Shown: in pieces, positions 46,799-56,271 of the stretch
How positions within the stretch are numbered: the first letter of the stretch is position 1
Layout of the letters: every line of letters begins with the position of its first letter
Origin: an uncultured Gammaproteobacteria bacterium
GTDB lineage: Bacteria > Patescibacteriota > Microgenomatia > JALYQM01
DNA length: 64,000 nt
Direction of reading: 5' to 3'
NCBI GenBank assembly: GCA_964535655.1
Contig: CAZHTP010000003.1
Span: 65,186-129,185, forward strand
Notes under the pieces: generated by a model
The model's database searches: none
Told to the model about the DNA's origin: nothing
The model's input: only the letters and a program-made list of their open reading frames with translations
Position numbers and translations under genes: made by a program

Positions 46799-47716
46799 CT
46801 AGTGAGTTTTAGTAACGAGTTGCGGTGCATTTCCTGTTTTTAAGGCATTGTCGGCAGATTCAAATAATGCATAGTCACCATTTCCTCCTATTTGTTCAAC
46901 TGAGAAGTGGAGCCTAAATTGCGAACGCATTCTGCCTGCAGCTAGATCTCCTTTAATATTTTGGGTTACATCTACTTCCTTCCAGCCGATGCTTGATCCT
47001 GAACTTATTGTTGCAAAACTTGAAGAGATGCTTGATATGCTGTAATCGCTTGCTTCAAATGTACTCCCGTAATTTAATTGATCGATTTTTAAATCACTAC
47101 CACTCGTATATGGATTTCCAGAAACCCCCTGCTGATATATACGAAAAACTGCTTTATCTATTGACGACGATCCCATGATCTGAGTGATATCGAAACTTAC
47201 AAAACCTCGACTTGTACTTGTTGCATTTCTACCTATTTTAATTTCAGCCGTAGTACTGCCGCTGCCATTATTTGATTGGTACCCATCTAGCATAGGTTGA
47301 CTTGTTATGGTTTTTTCGGAGTTCGGACTTTGAGATGGCGTTGGACTTTGTGTTGCAGCTGTGGAGGCTGCGATAGAAGAAGGACTTGATGAAGGAGATT
47401 TTGAGGGTGAAGGGATTGGAGAAGCCGTTTGTAGAGGTGAGGTAGTTGGAGTGCTACTGAGCGAGGGAGAGGGTGTTGTTATTGTATCGGCAGTAGGACT
47501 TGGCGCGCTGGCTGCCGCTAGAACCTCTGCACTCGGAGATGGTTGGAGTGCCACATCTTTTTTAGGTGTTGTCACTTTTTTAAAAACCCAGAATCCGAGG
47601 AGCAGCAGCATGACAACAGCTACACTCATTCCCACTAATGTCTTTTTTATTAGTTTCTTGGTTGCTTGAGTATAATCGTCGTCGATCTTTATGGAAGAAG
47701 ATTTTTGTTTCTTCAT
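46799..47716 (-). CDS. membrane-anchored Ser/Pro/Thr-rich surface protein
   Basis: An N-terminal TM anchor, an 80-aa S/P/T/A low-complexity linker and a 170-aa Ser/Gly-rich C-terminal domain. Confidence 0.45.
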   Translation of the reverse strand: MKKQKSSSIKIDDDYTQATKKLIKKTLVGMSVAVVMLLLLGFWVFKKVTTPKKDVALQPSPSAEVLAAASAPSPTADTITTPSPSLSSTPTTSPLQTASPIPSPSKSPSSSPSSIAASTAATQSPTPSQSPNSEKTITSQPMLDGYQSNNGSGSTTAEIKIGRNATSTSRGFVSFDITQIMGSSSIDKAVFRIYQQGVSGNPYTSGSDLKIDQLNYGSTFEASDYSISSISSSFATISSGSSIGWKEVDVTQNIKGDLAAGRMRSQFRLHFSVEQIGGNGDYALFESADNALKTGNAPQLVTKTH

Positions 47717-47742
47717 AGTATGCTTATTATGCCAACACTCGC

Positions 47743-48834
47743 TTGAATGTCAATCAAGCTGGTATAATTGCTCCTATGATTAATACTATACAAATATCTG
47801 AATTTCGCTCGCTTTTTTTTGCATTAAGTGATACTGCTCATTCAATAGTAATTACCTCTCATTTTGGCCCTGATGATGATTCAATAGCTTCAGTTTTATC
47901 ACTTTACTTTATTCTAAATGAAAAATATCCCGATGCAAAAATACGCATCGCTTATACTGGTGATGGGGATGATCGATGGTCTTATTTCGAAAATTTTTCC
48001 CGCATTGAGTTTGTTACTGATATTGCTGACATTTTAGACGGAGTAGATTTACTTATCGGGCTTGATGCTGATATCTATAGTCGATTCAGCAAAATGCCGG
48101 AAAAGCTCCTCTCTGCTTCTTGTAAGAAAATTGCCATTGATCACCATGGCAATCCACCGGATTCATTTGACCTATTATTTGTCGATTCATCGATATCTTC
48201 GAATGCTGAAATTATTTATACCTTATTCTTCTCTGATCGTGCTGCAATTCCTCCACGGATAGCAGAGACACTTTTACTTGGCATATTAGGAGATACTGGT
48301 AATTTTAGATTTATTAATCCAAAGCAGGTTTCTGCGTTTTCTGTTGTATCGCGTCTTGTTGAAGAGGGTTCAATAGATATTGCATTTATGGAATCAAAAT
48401 ACTCCGCGTATCGTGAGGCAGTATTTGTAGCGATGCAGGAGCTCATGAAGAATACATCTTTTGTGACAGTCCCGGGATGGCCTCGATTTCTTTATTCTTA
48501 TATCTCGCGTGATTATCTCGAAAAAAGCTCTCTACCTGATGTTGATATAAGTGCCGCTAAAAATATATTTATAGCTACCTATGGTACCAGACTAACAGGG
48601 ATTGGTTGGGCAATTGTTGCTGTACCAAACTCTAGTGGTGAAGTTAGCGTATCGATGCGCTCACTTAAAGATTCAATAAACGTTCGCTTACTAGCACAAG
48701 GAATGGGGATTGGTGGTGGACATGATCGAGCTGCTGGAGCGCGTTTTAAACCAGCAGCATCTCAGCCTGCTGACTCGTTACCTTCTATTGAGAAAATGAT
48801 GGTTTGGTTGAAAGAGCATGACCCCATTTATTAA
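47743..48834 (+). CDS. nrnA: DHH/DHHA1 phosphoesterase (NrnA-like nanoRNase/pAp phosphatase)
   Basis: HFGPDDDS (motif I), IDHHGN (DHH motif) and GGGHDRAAGARF (DHHA1 GGGH). Confidence 0.75.
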   Translation: MNVNQAGIIAPMINTIQISEFRSLFFALSDTAHSIVITSHFGPDDDSIASVLSLYFILNEKYPDAKIRIAYTGDGDDRWSYFENFSRIEFVTDIADILDGVDLLIGLDADIYSRFSKMPEKLLSASCKKIAIDHHGNPPDSFDLLFVDSSISSNAEIIYTLFFSDRAAIPPRIAETLLLGILGDTGNFRFINPKQVSAFSVVSRLVEEGSIDIAFMESKYSAYREAVFVAMQELMKNTSFVTVPGWPRFLYSYISRDYLEKSSLPDVDISAAKNIFIATYGTRLTGIGWAIVAVPNSSGEVSVSMRSLKDSINVRLLAQGMGIGGGHDRAAGARFKPAASQPADSLPSIEKMMVWLKEHDPIY

Positions 48835-51800
48835 GTATTCTTTCATAGAATAGCCAAATGAGTATCGGCATAATTGCAATTAATAAGTAGCCAACCCCAT
48901 TTAGCTTAAGGAAAGTATCACTTTCACTCAAAAAGGATAGTGCAGTAGTTCCAATTAAAATATAAAAAATAGTTAGAATATAGAAGAAAAAATTATTCTT
49001 CACAATATATTTCCAGGTAATAATGGTATAGAGTAGCATAGGTCCAATGAGTATTACCCACGACAGAAGTTCTTCCGTCTTCCAACCTGTAAAAAAGAAT
49101 ATTAAAAGGCTTATAATACTCGCAAGTGCTAACACATTTTTCCAACTACGACAATATTTTCGGATAATACAAGCAACAGAGATTACCGCAAAAAATGATA
49201 ATGTTGCACGCGAAATGGACTTAAGCCCTTCTAATGCTGGAAAAACTGTTTGTATTCCAGTGCCTATCGCTGGATCAAGAGGCATTGCTCCTGATTGGTT
49301 GGTATGTATTGGATACAATCTTTCTGATAAATTCATTGAGAGATATAGAATACAGACGCCGATACAACTAAGAAAAAATACCAGGAAAAGCGCATCGCCT
49401 AGCAGTTTTTTTTGTTGGAGAGGATCCTTGGGTAACAATGGGCCGATGTATTCGCGATACAGTGCAATCCCGCCGTTAATTATGATCGTGACTGCTAAGA
49501 ATGACAGAATTAAATATATTGGTATCTTTATGAATTGAAAAAATGAATAGACTTCTATTTGCAGATCAGTGTTATAATCTGTAAAAAAAGTAGACATATG
49601 ATTTACTTGTGAAACAATACTAAAACAGCTCGCAAGAATTGCGATATTGAACCCTGGTTTTGCCCATAATTTTTTTTCTTTATACAGTTTAAAGAATGAA
49701 TTACTTCCAAGTATAAGCAAAAGTAGTCCAATAGTTGTACTCGAGATAATAATTACTAGTTGTTTAATGCCAAGCTGCTCTGATTTTCGTTCATAATTCT
49801 CAGGAACTTTGATAGTGTTTTGTATGTTCAACGGCTCTCCATCGATAACATCTATAGAAATTCTGCGTGATGCCTCAGCAATTCTTTTCTGATCTTCAAA
49901 AGTGAAGCGATAGTCGTCGCGATTATCTCTTTTTAAATTCTCATTATTTACTAAACTAAAATTTGAATCTTTATCTATAAAATTTACTAGATATCCCTGA
50001 GCTTTTTCTAAAGCTTCACTCTCTGAAAGACGCACACCCGCGGCTTTTTCATCAAGCAGATGCTGATATGTGTATTCTCCCCCATCGGAATCTAAAAGAA
50101 CGGTATATTCTTCTTTTTGCAAAGGCTTAAAAAACCGAATATTCCAAAGAACATCTGGCTCCTTATTTTTTGTTAGGAATTGCTTAGTTTTTTCGGGTGA
50201 GCCTTGCGATTTAAGATATGTGAGAGTTGTATCACGTTCTGAATGGGTCGATATTGTTGCAACGGAAATATAATTGGTAACTGTTATGTTTTTTCTTTTA
50301 AGAAATTCCTCTGCTAGTTTTATTGCTTGCATGCGATTAATCAACATACTGCTTTTAGAGTCTTTTGAAATTGACTGAAATGGAATAACTACTGTCAATA
50401 AAAGCGCAAAGATACTAATGGCTATGAGTGAAAGTTTGATGTTGAGTGTGATTGGTGCAGAGGTGATACGCGTGATGGGTGTTTCCTGTGATGTTTTTTT
50501 GTCTGTTGAATATAGTATCACCTGCGCATCGGTAAATTCGTTATTCTGTATTTCCTCTTCTGAGTAACGTTTCTTTGTTACTCGTTGAACTACAGCTGCG
50601 CCGATACAAACCCAAAAAGGTAACAACGCCATAGCAAATGCAGGGATGCTCGTTGACAAACTTTTTGAACCTAGGAAGAAAATTGCCATTTGTAACGCAT
50701 TAAAGCTATAGTGAGCTGCAATTGATGACAATATTCCAAAACGTAGATACAAGAAACTGAAAACGATACCGATTACGAGTAGTTCTACACCGCGGACAAA
50801 AAATGGCATCTGTGGATAGGCGCTATGTTGGAACGACCAACACATTGAAGCAAGCACTACCGAGATGATTAAGGCAACTTTTTGATTGTTAACCTTACTT
50901 CCGAAAAACTTTTTAAAAAGCGATACCGCAAAAAGGCGATACATTACTTCTTCGTTAACAGCTGGTAATAGCCCGATGATTAGAGGATATATCCATGGCA
51001 CTATAGAATTAAAGGCATCACTATAGTTAACGTCAGCTGGTACCCAGAAACCCAATTGTTTGCCAAGGAAATAATAGGTAAGCTCGTATAAAAAGCCTAT
51101 GATTCCTACACAAGCTCCGATCCAAATTCCTTGAATAGTAGTGGGTGAATAGAATGTTTTTTTTAATGTGTCGAAAGTATTTTTTTTCTTAGGGAAGATT
51201 TGACGGTAATAACTTTCTGCTGTTGCAATAGTCATTTCGGAGGTTATGAAGGTAAAAAACCAAGTGATAAGAAGACCTACCAATGCAAGTACAAATACAA
51301 CATAGTAGTTCTGCGTTGTTGGGTAAGAAAAATAATATTGGGTAAAATTATTGGCCGCTGCTGCAAGAGTAATTGCACTCATAACAAGCGCAATATAGTA
51401 CGGAAATTTAAAAGATAACTTTTTGTCACGATACTTTTTAAAGAAAATTAATACGAGAGGAAGTGTAAGGAAGAGAGTACTTACTAATTCTGCTGTCAAT
51501 TGCGCAATTGTATTATATGATTTTTCCTTGTTAAATGAAGAAATCCATGCTTGAGGTACTTTAAGATATTCGTCAAATTGGATTACTGTATCTCCCGCAA
51601 TTATAACTCTTACCCGTTGCCGGGCATCTTTTAGATAATACTCTTTTCGTTCATAAATAAATTGGTGGTCGATTCTGTTTGGACGGTCCGTTTTTGTATA
51701 TTGAATAAATTGCCAACGGTCGGGGAAATTAGTTCGTGAACATAGCGAGCAATGCTTTAACAAGTATGAGTAACCAACTTTTTCTGCCTCTTTTTTTTCG

Positions 51801-52279
51801 AGGGAAGTGCGCATCTGAGTTTCTTCTATTTGATGCGAAAAGGAAACTAGTCTCCCATCTGGTGCATAGGAGGTTAAAAATTCTTCCTTCTGTAATGGCT
51901 TAAATAATCTTGTTGTAAAATACCATAGATTCACATCGTTCTTTGCTAGTTCACCCGTTTGCCTTGCACCTAATTCCCTTTCAAGATAATTTTTTGATGT
52001 TTCATCAATTTCAAAAATGGTTGATTTTTTATATGAATTGATATCCGTGGTTAGTTGTGAGGCATTTTGTATTGCTTTCTGTTCTGCCTGCTTGTTATTA
52101 ATTTGAAATATTATAGCGTGTTCAGGAAAGGCAAACTGTCTAAGGGAAATATAAGTTCCAATACTTATACAGGCAATGACAAATACTACTAGGCTGACAG
52201 TTCTGTTTTTCATGCTCAACTTTGGCTTGCAGTGCAAAAAGCACAGCGTTTTGCTTCGAGCGGAATTTCGCTTAAACAT
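48785..52279 (-). CDS. giant polytopic membrane protein with an embedded CPBP intramembrane protease domain
   Basis: Over 20 predicted TM helices. The central segment carries AVNEEVMYRLFAVS (EExxxR), FQHSAYPQ and HYSFNAL, which are CPBP motifs. The likely start is MKNRTV at 52213, directly after the mscL stop. Confidence 0.55.
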   Translation of the reverse strand: MFKRNSARSKTLCFLHCKPKLSMKNRTVSLVVFVIACISIGTYISLRQFAFPEHAIIFQINNKQAEQKAIQNASQLTTDINSYKKSTIFEIDETSKNYLERELGARQTGELAKNDVNLWYFTTRLFKPLQKEEFLTSYAPDGRLVSFSHQIEETQMRTSLEKKEAEKVGYSYLLKHCSLCSRTNFPDRWQFIQYTKTDRPNRIDHQFIYERKEYYLKDARQRVRVIIAGDTVIQFDEYLKVPQAWISSFNKEKSYNTIAQLTAELVSTLFLTLPLVLIFFKKYRDKKLSFKFPYYIALVMSAITLAAAANNFTQYYFSYPTTQNYYVVFVLALVGLLITWFFTFITSEMTIATAESYYRQIFPKKKNTFDTLKKTFYSPTTIQGIWIGACVGIIGFLYELTYYFLGKQLGFWVPADVNYSDAFNSIVPWIYPLIIGLLPAVNEEVMYRLFAVSLFKKFFGSKVNNQKVALIISVVLASMCWSFQHSAYPQMPFFVRGVELLVIGIVFSFLYLRFGILSSIAAHYSFNALQMAIFFLGSKSLSTSIPAFAMALLPFWVCIGAAVVQRVTKKRYSEEEIQNNEFTDAQVILYSTDKKTSQETPITRITSAPITLNIKLSLIAISIFALLLTVVIPFQSISKDSKSSMLINRMQAIKLAEEFLKRKNITVTNYISVATISTHSERDTTLTYLKSQGSPEKTKQFLTKNKEPDVLWNIRFFKPLQKEEYTVLLDSDGGEYTYQHLLDEKAAGVRLSESEALEKAQGYLVNFIDKDSNFSLVNNENLKRDNRDDYRFTFEDQKRIAEASRRISIDVIDGEPLNIQNTIKVPENYERKSEQLGIKQLVIIISSTTIGLLLLILGSNSFFKLYKEKKLWAKPGFNIAILASCFSIVSQVNHMSTFFTDYNTDLQIEVYSFFQFIKIPIYLILSFLAVTIIINGGIALYREYIGPLLPKDPLQQKKLLGDALFLVFFLSCIGVCILYLSMNLSERLYPIHTNQSGAMPLDPAIGTGIQTVFPALEGLKSISRATLSFFAVISVACIIRKYCRSWKNVLALASIISLLIFFFTGWKTEELLSWVILIGPMLLYTIITWKYIVKNNFFFYILTIFYILIGTTALSFLSESDTFLKLNGVGYLLIAIMPILIWLFYERILNKWGHALSTKPSFSQ

Positions 52280-52617
52280 TCAGGGCATTTCTTTTTGCTT
52301 GGGGGTGGAGTTTCTTTTCCTCTATTTGCTCTTTCTGTCAATTTGTTCATTGGAAGCACTACAAAGAAATATACTACTGAAGCAACGATGACAAACGATA
52401 TTAATGCATTAATAAAATCGCCGTACATAAATTTACTGGAGTTTATAGTGAAGTAGAGATTGGAGAAATCGTGATTGCCACCGATTGCGCCAATTAATGG
52501 TGTGAGTAAGTCTTTAACAAATGCCGTTACAATTGCGGTGAATGCTGCTCCAACAACAACACCAACTGCTAAGTCAACTACGTTTCCTCTTAATAAAAAC
52601 TTTTTAAAACCGTCCAT
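52216..52617 (-). CDS. mscL: large-conductance mechanosensitive channel with a C-terminal CxxC...CxxC zinc ribbon
   Basis: N-terminus MDGFKKFLLRGNVVDLAVGVVVGAAF, with TM1 and TM2. The C-terminus KKKCPECLSEIPLEAKRCAFCTAS replaces the usual helical bundle. Confidence 0.85.
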   Translation of the reverse strand: MDGFKKFLLRGNVVDLAVGVVVGAAFTAIVTAFVKDLLTPLIGAIGGNHDFSNLYFTINSSKFMYGDFINALISFVIVASVVYFFVVLPMNKLTERANRGKETPPPSKKKCPECLSEIPLEAKRCAFCTASQS

Positions 52618-52673
52618 ATAAACCTCATTTTTTAATAGTGGTAACCTGTATGTGAGGATTATACAATAAATGC

Positions 52674-54038
52674 ATGAGTAAGAAAATCGAGAAAATATTT
52701 GCTGCCCCAGCTATTGGTCTTGATACGTTAATGAAAAGCCTTAAAAAGATTGGTAAAGCGACACCAGGTTCAGATTCATTTAAAAAAGCCCATGGCTACT
52801 GGAATATGCTTGGGCCAGGACTGATTACTGGAGCTGCGGATGATGACCCTTCAGGTATTACCACCTATTCGCAAACTGGAGCTCAGTACGGATTTCAATT
52901 ATTATGGCTTGCAGGTTTTACTTTTCCACTGATGTCTATTGTGCAAGAAATGTGCGCGCGGATTGGGCTTGTTACCGGGCGAGGACTTGCTGGCACAATC
53001 CGTATTAATTATCCCAAGAAAGTTTTGTATGTCTGTGCTGTGTTATTATTTGTCGCTAACACTTTAAATTTAGGTGCTGACTTTGGAGCGATGGCTCAAG
53101 CGATTGAGCTTGTTGTGCCTGGACTGAATTTCTATTTCTTAGTCATTTTTTTTGGAGTGTTTTGCCTATTGTTACAAATTTATACTTCGTATGAAGAATA
53201 TGCTAAGTATCTAAAATGGATGGCTCTGGTATTACTCTCCTATGTTTTCTCAGCGTTGTTAGTCTCCATAGATACTCGCGAATTACTTAAAGCAACCTTT
53301 ATCCCTACTATCACTTTTTCACAAGATCAGATATTTTTGATCACTGCGATACTTGGAACAACGATATCTCCATATTTATTTTTCTGGCAGACATCACAGG
53401 AAATTGAAGAGGAGATACTTAAAGGAAAAACTTCGGTAAAACTTCGCGAGGGAGCAACTAAAGATGAGATCTCGCATATGCGGATTGATGTATGGAGTGG
53501 GATGTTTGTATCGAATATTGTAATGTTTTTTATAATTGCAGCTTGTGCTGCGACACTTTTTTCGCATGGAATCACCAATATAGGTTCGGCTGCAGATGCT
53601 GCTCAAGCACTAAAACCGATCGCTGGAGAATTTGCTTTTATCCTTTTTGCGGCAGGGATTGTAGGGGCTGGACTTTTAGCAGTTCCTGTTCTTGCCGGCT
53701 CGGCCGCCTATACTTTTGCAGAAACATTTAACTGGAAATCGGGATTATACAGAAAGCTTCATGATGCTCCTGCTTTTTATGGTGTAATAATTATTTCTGT
53801 CGTAATTGGTATGCTTATTAATTTCTTTGGTTTTGATCCGATCAAGGTGCTGATCTACTCGGCGGTAGTTAATGGACTTGTAGCACCCGTTGTTTTAGTG
53901 CTTATTGTTCAGATTGCAGGTAATAAAAAGATAATGGGTAGACATAAAAATGGTTGGTTTACACAGCTTATTGGTTGGAGTGTTGTAGTTATTATGACTA
54001 TAGCCGGGCTTGCAACTATCGGATCACTGTTTTTCTAA
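52674..54038 (+). CDS. mntH: NRAMP family divalent metal (Mn2+/Fe2+) transporter
   Basis: ADDDPSGITTYSQTGAQYGFQLLWL is the Nramp TM1 signature, with 11 predicted TM helices. Confidence 0.85.
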   Translation: MSKKIEKIFAAPAIGLDTLMKSLKKIGKATPGSDSFKKAHGYWNMLGPGLITGAADDDPSGITTYSQTGAQYGFQLLWLAGFTFPLMSIVQEMCARIGLVTGRGLAGTIRINYPKKVLYVCAVLLFVANTLNLGADFGAMAQAIELVVPGLNFYFLVIFFGVFCLLLQIYTSYEEYAKYLKWMALVLLSYVFSALLVSIDTRELLKATFIPTITFSQDQIFLITAILGTTISPYLFFWQTSQEIEEEILKGKTSVKLREGATKDEISHMRIDVWSGMFVSNIVMFFIIAACAATLFSHGITNIGSAADAAQALKPIAGEFAFILFAAGIVGAGLLAVPVLAGSAAYTFAETFNWKSGLYRKLHDAPAFYGVIIISVVIGMLINFFGFDPIKVLIYSAVVNGLVAPVVLVLIVQIAGNKKIMGRHKNGWFTQLIGWSVVVIMTIAGLATIGSLFF

Positions 54039-56227
54039 AGTTCAATACTTGGTTTTGATTTGATTAGTATAGAAAAGGTGGTTTTTGCTCCGGTGAATTT
54101 TTCGATAAGCACTGTTAATTCTTTTATTGCTTTTTCAAGCTCCTCCCTTGATACCGGTGGTAGCGCCTCTAAAACTACTATGGCATTTTTAGTATCTTTA
54201 GTGAGTTTGGTTCGGTCAACTTCTCGCCAATTCCAGCGTCGACATATTGCACCGAGGTTGTCTTTATATATAACTTCACCTGGGTAGGGGGCTTCTTCTG
54301 TATCATCCCCTAGCAATTTTACGGGAGCTTCGTTTGGTCCAGCAATGGTTAGTTTTACCGACCCTTCAAGTTGATCAATATCTTCCCCGCCTGCTGGGAG
54401 CATATATTTGAGGGAAATACAATTATATATATCTACGAGTTTATTATCAGAGCGTAATTCACGACCTTTAAGAATCATGCGAGGTAGATTTTCGACTGAT
54501 GAGCGATACTCTGAAGGCTTTGATCCGAATTTTTTGAATGTCTCTCTCCATACACTAATTTTAGGATTTGTCTTTAACGTTTCTTCTGTCATTTCTCCTC
54601 TAATTCGATCAGTCTCAGTTTTAAGCAGGGCTTGGATTTCTTCGGTGCTTTCACCGTTTTGCATTCCCTCTGCAACCACTACACCGATCATGGTATCAGG
54701 AAATTCTTCAAAGATTTTTTTAGATACCATGAATTTTTGCGTTCCATCATCAATATCTTCAGGGACTTCTGCAATGGTTTTTTTAAAAGGGAATAATATT
54801 GTTTCCTGAATGATCCAGACATTACTAAAGAATTCCGTGAGGCGTTCAATGCCAACTCCTACCCCTGCCATCGGGGCCATACCGTATTCCATGCTTTCAA
54901 TAAATTCTTCGTCAATAGGCTGTGCCACCTCAGATTCATTATCCAGCTTACGATAATTTTCTGCTTCGAACGATTTGCGCTGATCGATTGGGTCGTTTTT
55001 CTCTGACCAGCCATCCATTATCTCTTTTCCACCGATATACAACTCGAATCGTTCGGCAAGTTCGTCCTGACCAAATTTTCTTTTGGATAGCGGACTTATT
55101 TCCATGGGGTAGTTGTACACCCAGGTTGGGTTCATTAATTTTTTGGAACTAATTTTGTCAAAAATATAGAAAATAATTTCGCCGCGACGGGTATTCCCTT
55201 CTAAATCAATTTTTTTAGAATGCGCATATTTCAAAAGCTCTTCATCCGACATGCTTGTGACATCAATACCTTGATCTTCTTTAATAAGATCGTACATAGT
55301 GATACGCTTCCATTCCTGGTTTAGATTCACTTCATTTTCATGCACTTTAACGATTTCCGTTTTAAGTACATCCATGGCAAGATAGCGCATCATCTCTTCA
55401 AGTAGATCCATCATCTGAATATAGTCTATATAGGGTACATACGCTTCAAGCATAGTGAATTCGAAATAATGAGTTTGATCGACACCTTCATTGCGGAAAT
55501 CCTTTGCGATATCATACACGCCTCCTAAACCACCTACTACCAGTCGTTTAAGATATAACTCTGAGGCGATCTTAAGGTAGGCCTCGGTATCCAAAGAATT
55601 TATGTGTGTGGTAAATGGTTTAGCATTGGCGCCTCCATATAATGGTTGAAGCATGGGTACTTCGACTTCGGTAAGCCCTTTACGGTCAAGAAATTCACGA
55701 ATACCTCGTACAAGACTGTGGCGAATTTTAAATATTCTTCGAGTTTCTTCATTCATAAGAAGATCAAGGTATCGTTTGCGAAGTCGTGTTTCTTTATCGG
55801 TTAAGCCTTCCCATTTCTCAGGTAGTGGGCGTAGGGCTTTAGCTAATAAATCCCAGGTTTTTACTAGAATTGTGATCTCACCTCGATGGGTGCGAAAAGC
55901 GGTACCTTTTATCCCAATGATATCTCCCACATCGAGATATTTAAGAAGCTCAAAAGATCCTTCGCTCATCTCGTCTATTTTGAAATAGATTTGAATTTGT
56001 CCTGTTTCATCCTGCAGGTGTCCAAAGATCGACTTACCGTGTTCTCGCCAGGACATAATTCGACCGGCGGTAGAGACAGCTATCCCATCGAAATTAGGAA
56101 AGTTATCGAGGATTGGTTTAATAGCATTATTGTGAGGAAACCGTGTAGGGTAGACATTAATACCTTTTTTACGTAATTCTTCGAGTTTTTTAAGGCGAAT
56201 GGAGTATATTTCTTCGAGGGTCGACAT
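54035..56227 (-). CDS. lysS: lysyl-tRNA synthetase (class II) with a 230-aa C-terminal B3/4-domain extension
   Basis: An N-terminal OB anticodon-binding domain, class II motif 2 FRNEGVDQTHYFEFTMLEAY and motif 3 GVGIERLTEFF. The C-terminus NKLVDIYNCISLKYMLPAGGEDIDQLEGSVKLTIAGPNE resembles the PheT B3/4 block NxVDIxNYVxLExGQPxHAFDxDKL. Confidence 0.9.
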   Translation of the reverse strand: MSTLEEIYSIRLKKLEELRKKGINVYPTRFPHNNAIKPILDNFPNFDGIAVSTAGRIMSWREHGKSIFGHLQDETGQIQIYFKIDEMSEGSFELLKYLDVGDIIGIKGTAFRTHRGEITILVKTWDLLAKALRPLPEKWEGLTDKETRLRKRYLDLLMNEETRRIFKIRHSLVRGIREFLDRKGLTEVEVPMLQPLYGGANAKPFTTHINSLDTEAYLKIASELYLKRLVVGGLGGVYDIAKDFRNEGVDQTHYFEFTMLEAYVPYIDYIQMMDLLEEMMRYLAMDVLKTEIVKVHENEVNLNQEWKRITMYDLIKEDQGIDVTSMSDEELLKYAHSKKIDLEGNTRRGEIIFYIFDKISSKKLMNPTWVYNYPMEISPLSKRKFGQDELAERFELYIGGKEIMDGWSEKNDPIDQRKSFEAENYRKLDNESEVAQPIDEEFIESMEYGMAPMAGVGVGIERLTEFFSNVWIIQETILFPFKKTIAEVPEDIDDGTQKFMVSKKIFEEFPDTMIGVVVAEGMQNGESTEEIQALLKTETDRIRGEMTEETLKTNPKISVWRETFKKFGSKPSEYRSSVENLPRMILKGRELRSDNKLVDIYNCISLKYMLPAGGEDIDQLEGSVKLTIAGPNEAPVKLLGDDTEEAPYPGEVIYKDNLGAICRRWNWREVDRTKLTKDTKNAIVVLEALPPVSREELEKAIKELTVLIEKFTGAKTTFSILIKSKPSIEL

Positions 56228-56271
56228 GCTGGGATTGTATCAAAATGTTAGTAATTGCCGCAACTTGAAAT

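Noticed and set aside
52618-52673. Possible Mn-responsive riboswitch or MntR box between mscL and mntH
   Set aside because: The intergenic region is only 56 nt, too short for a yybP-ykoY riboswitch, and no palindrome resembling an MntR operator was seen.
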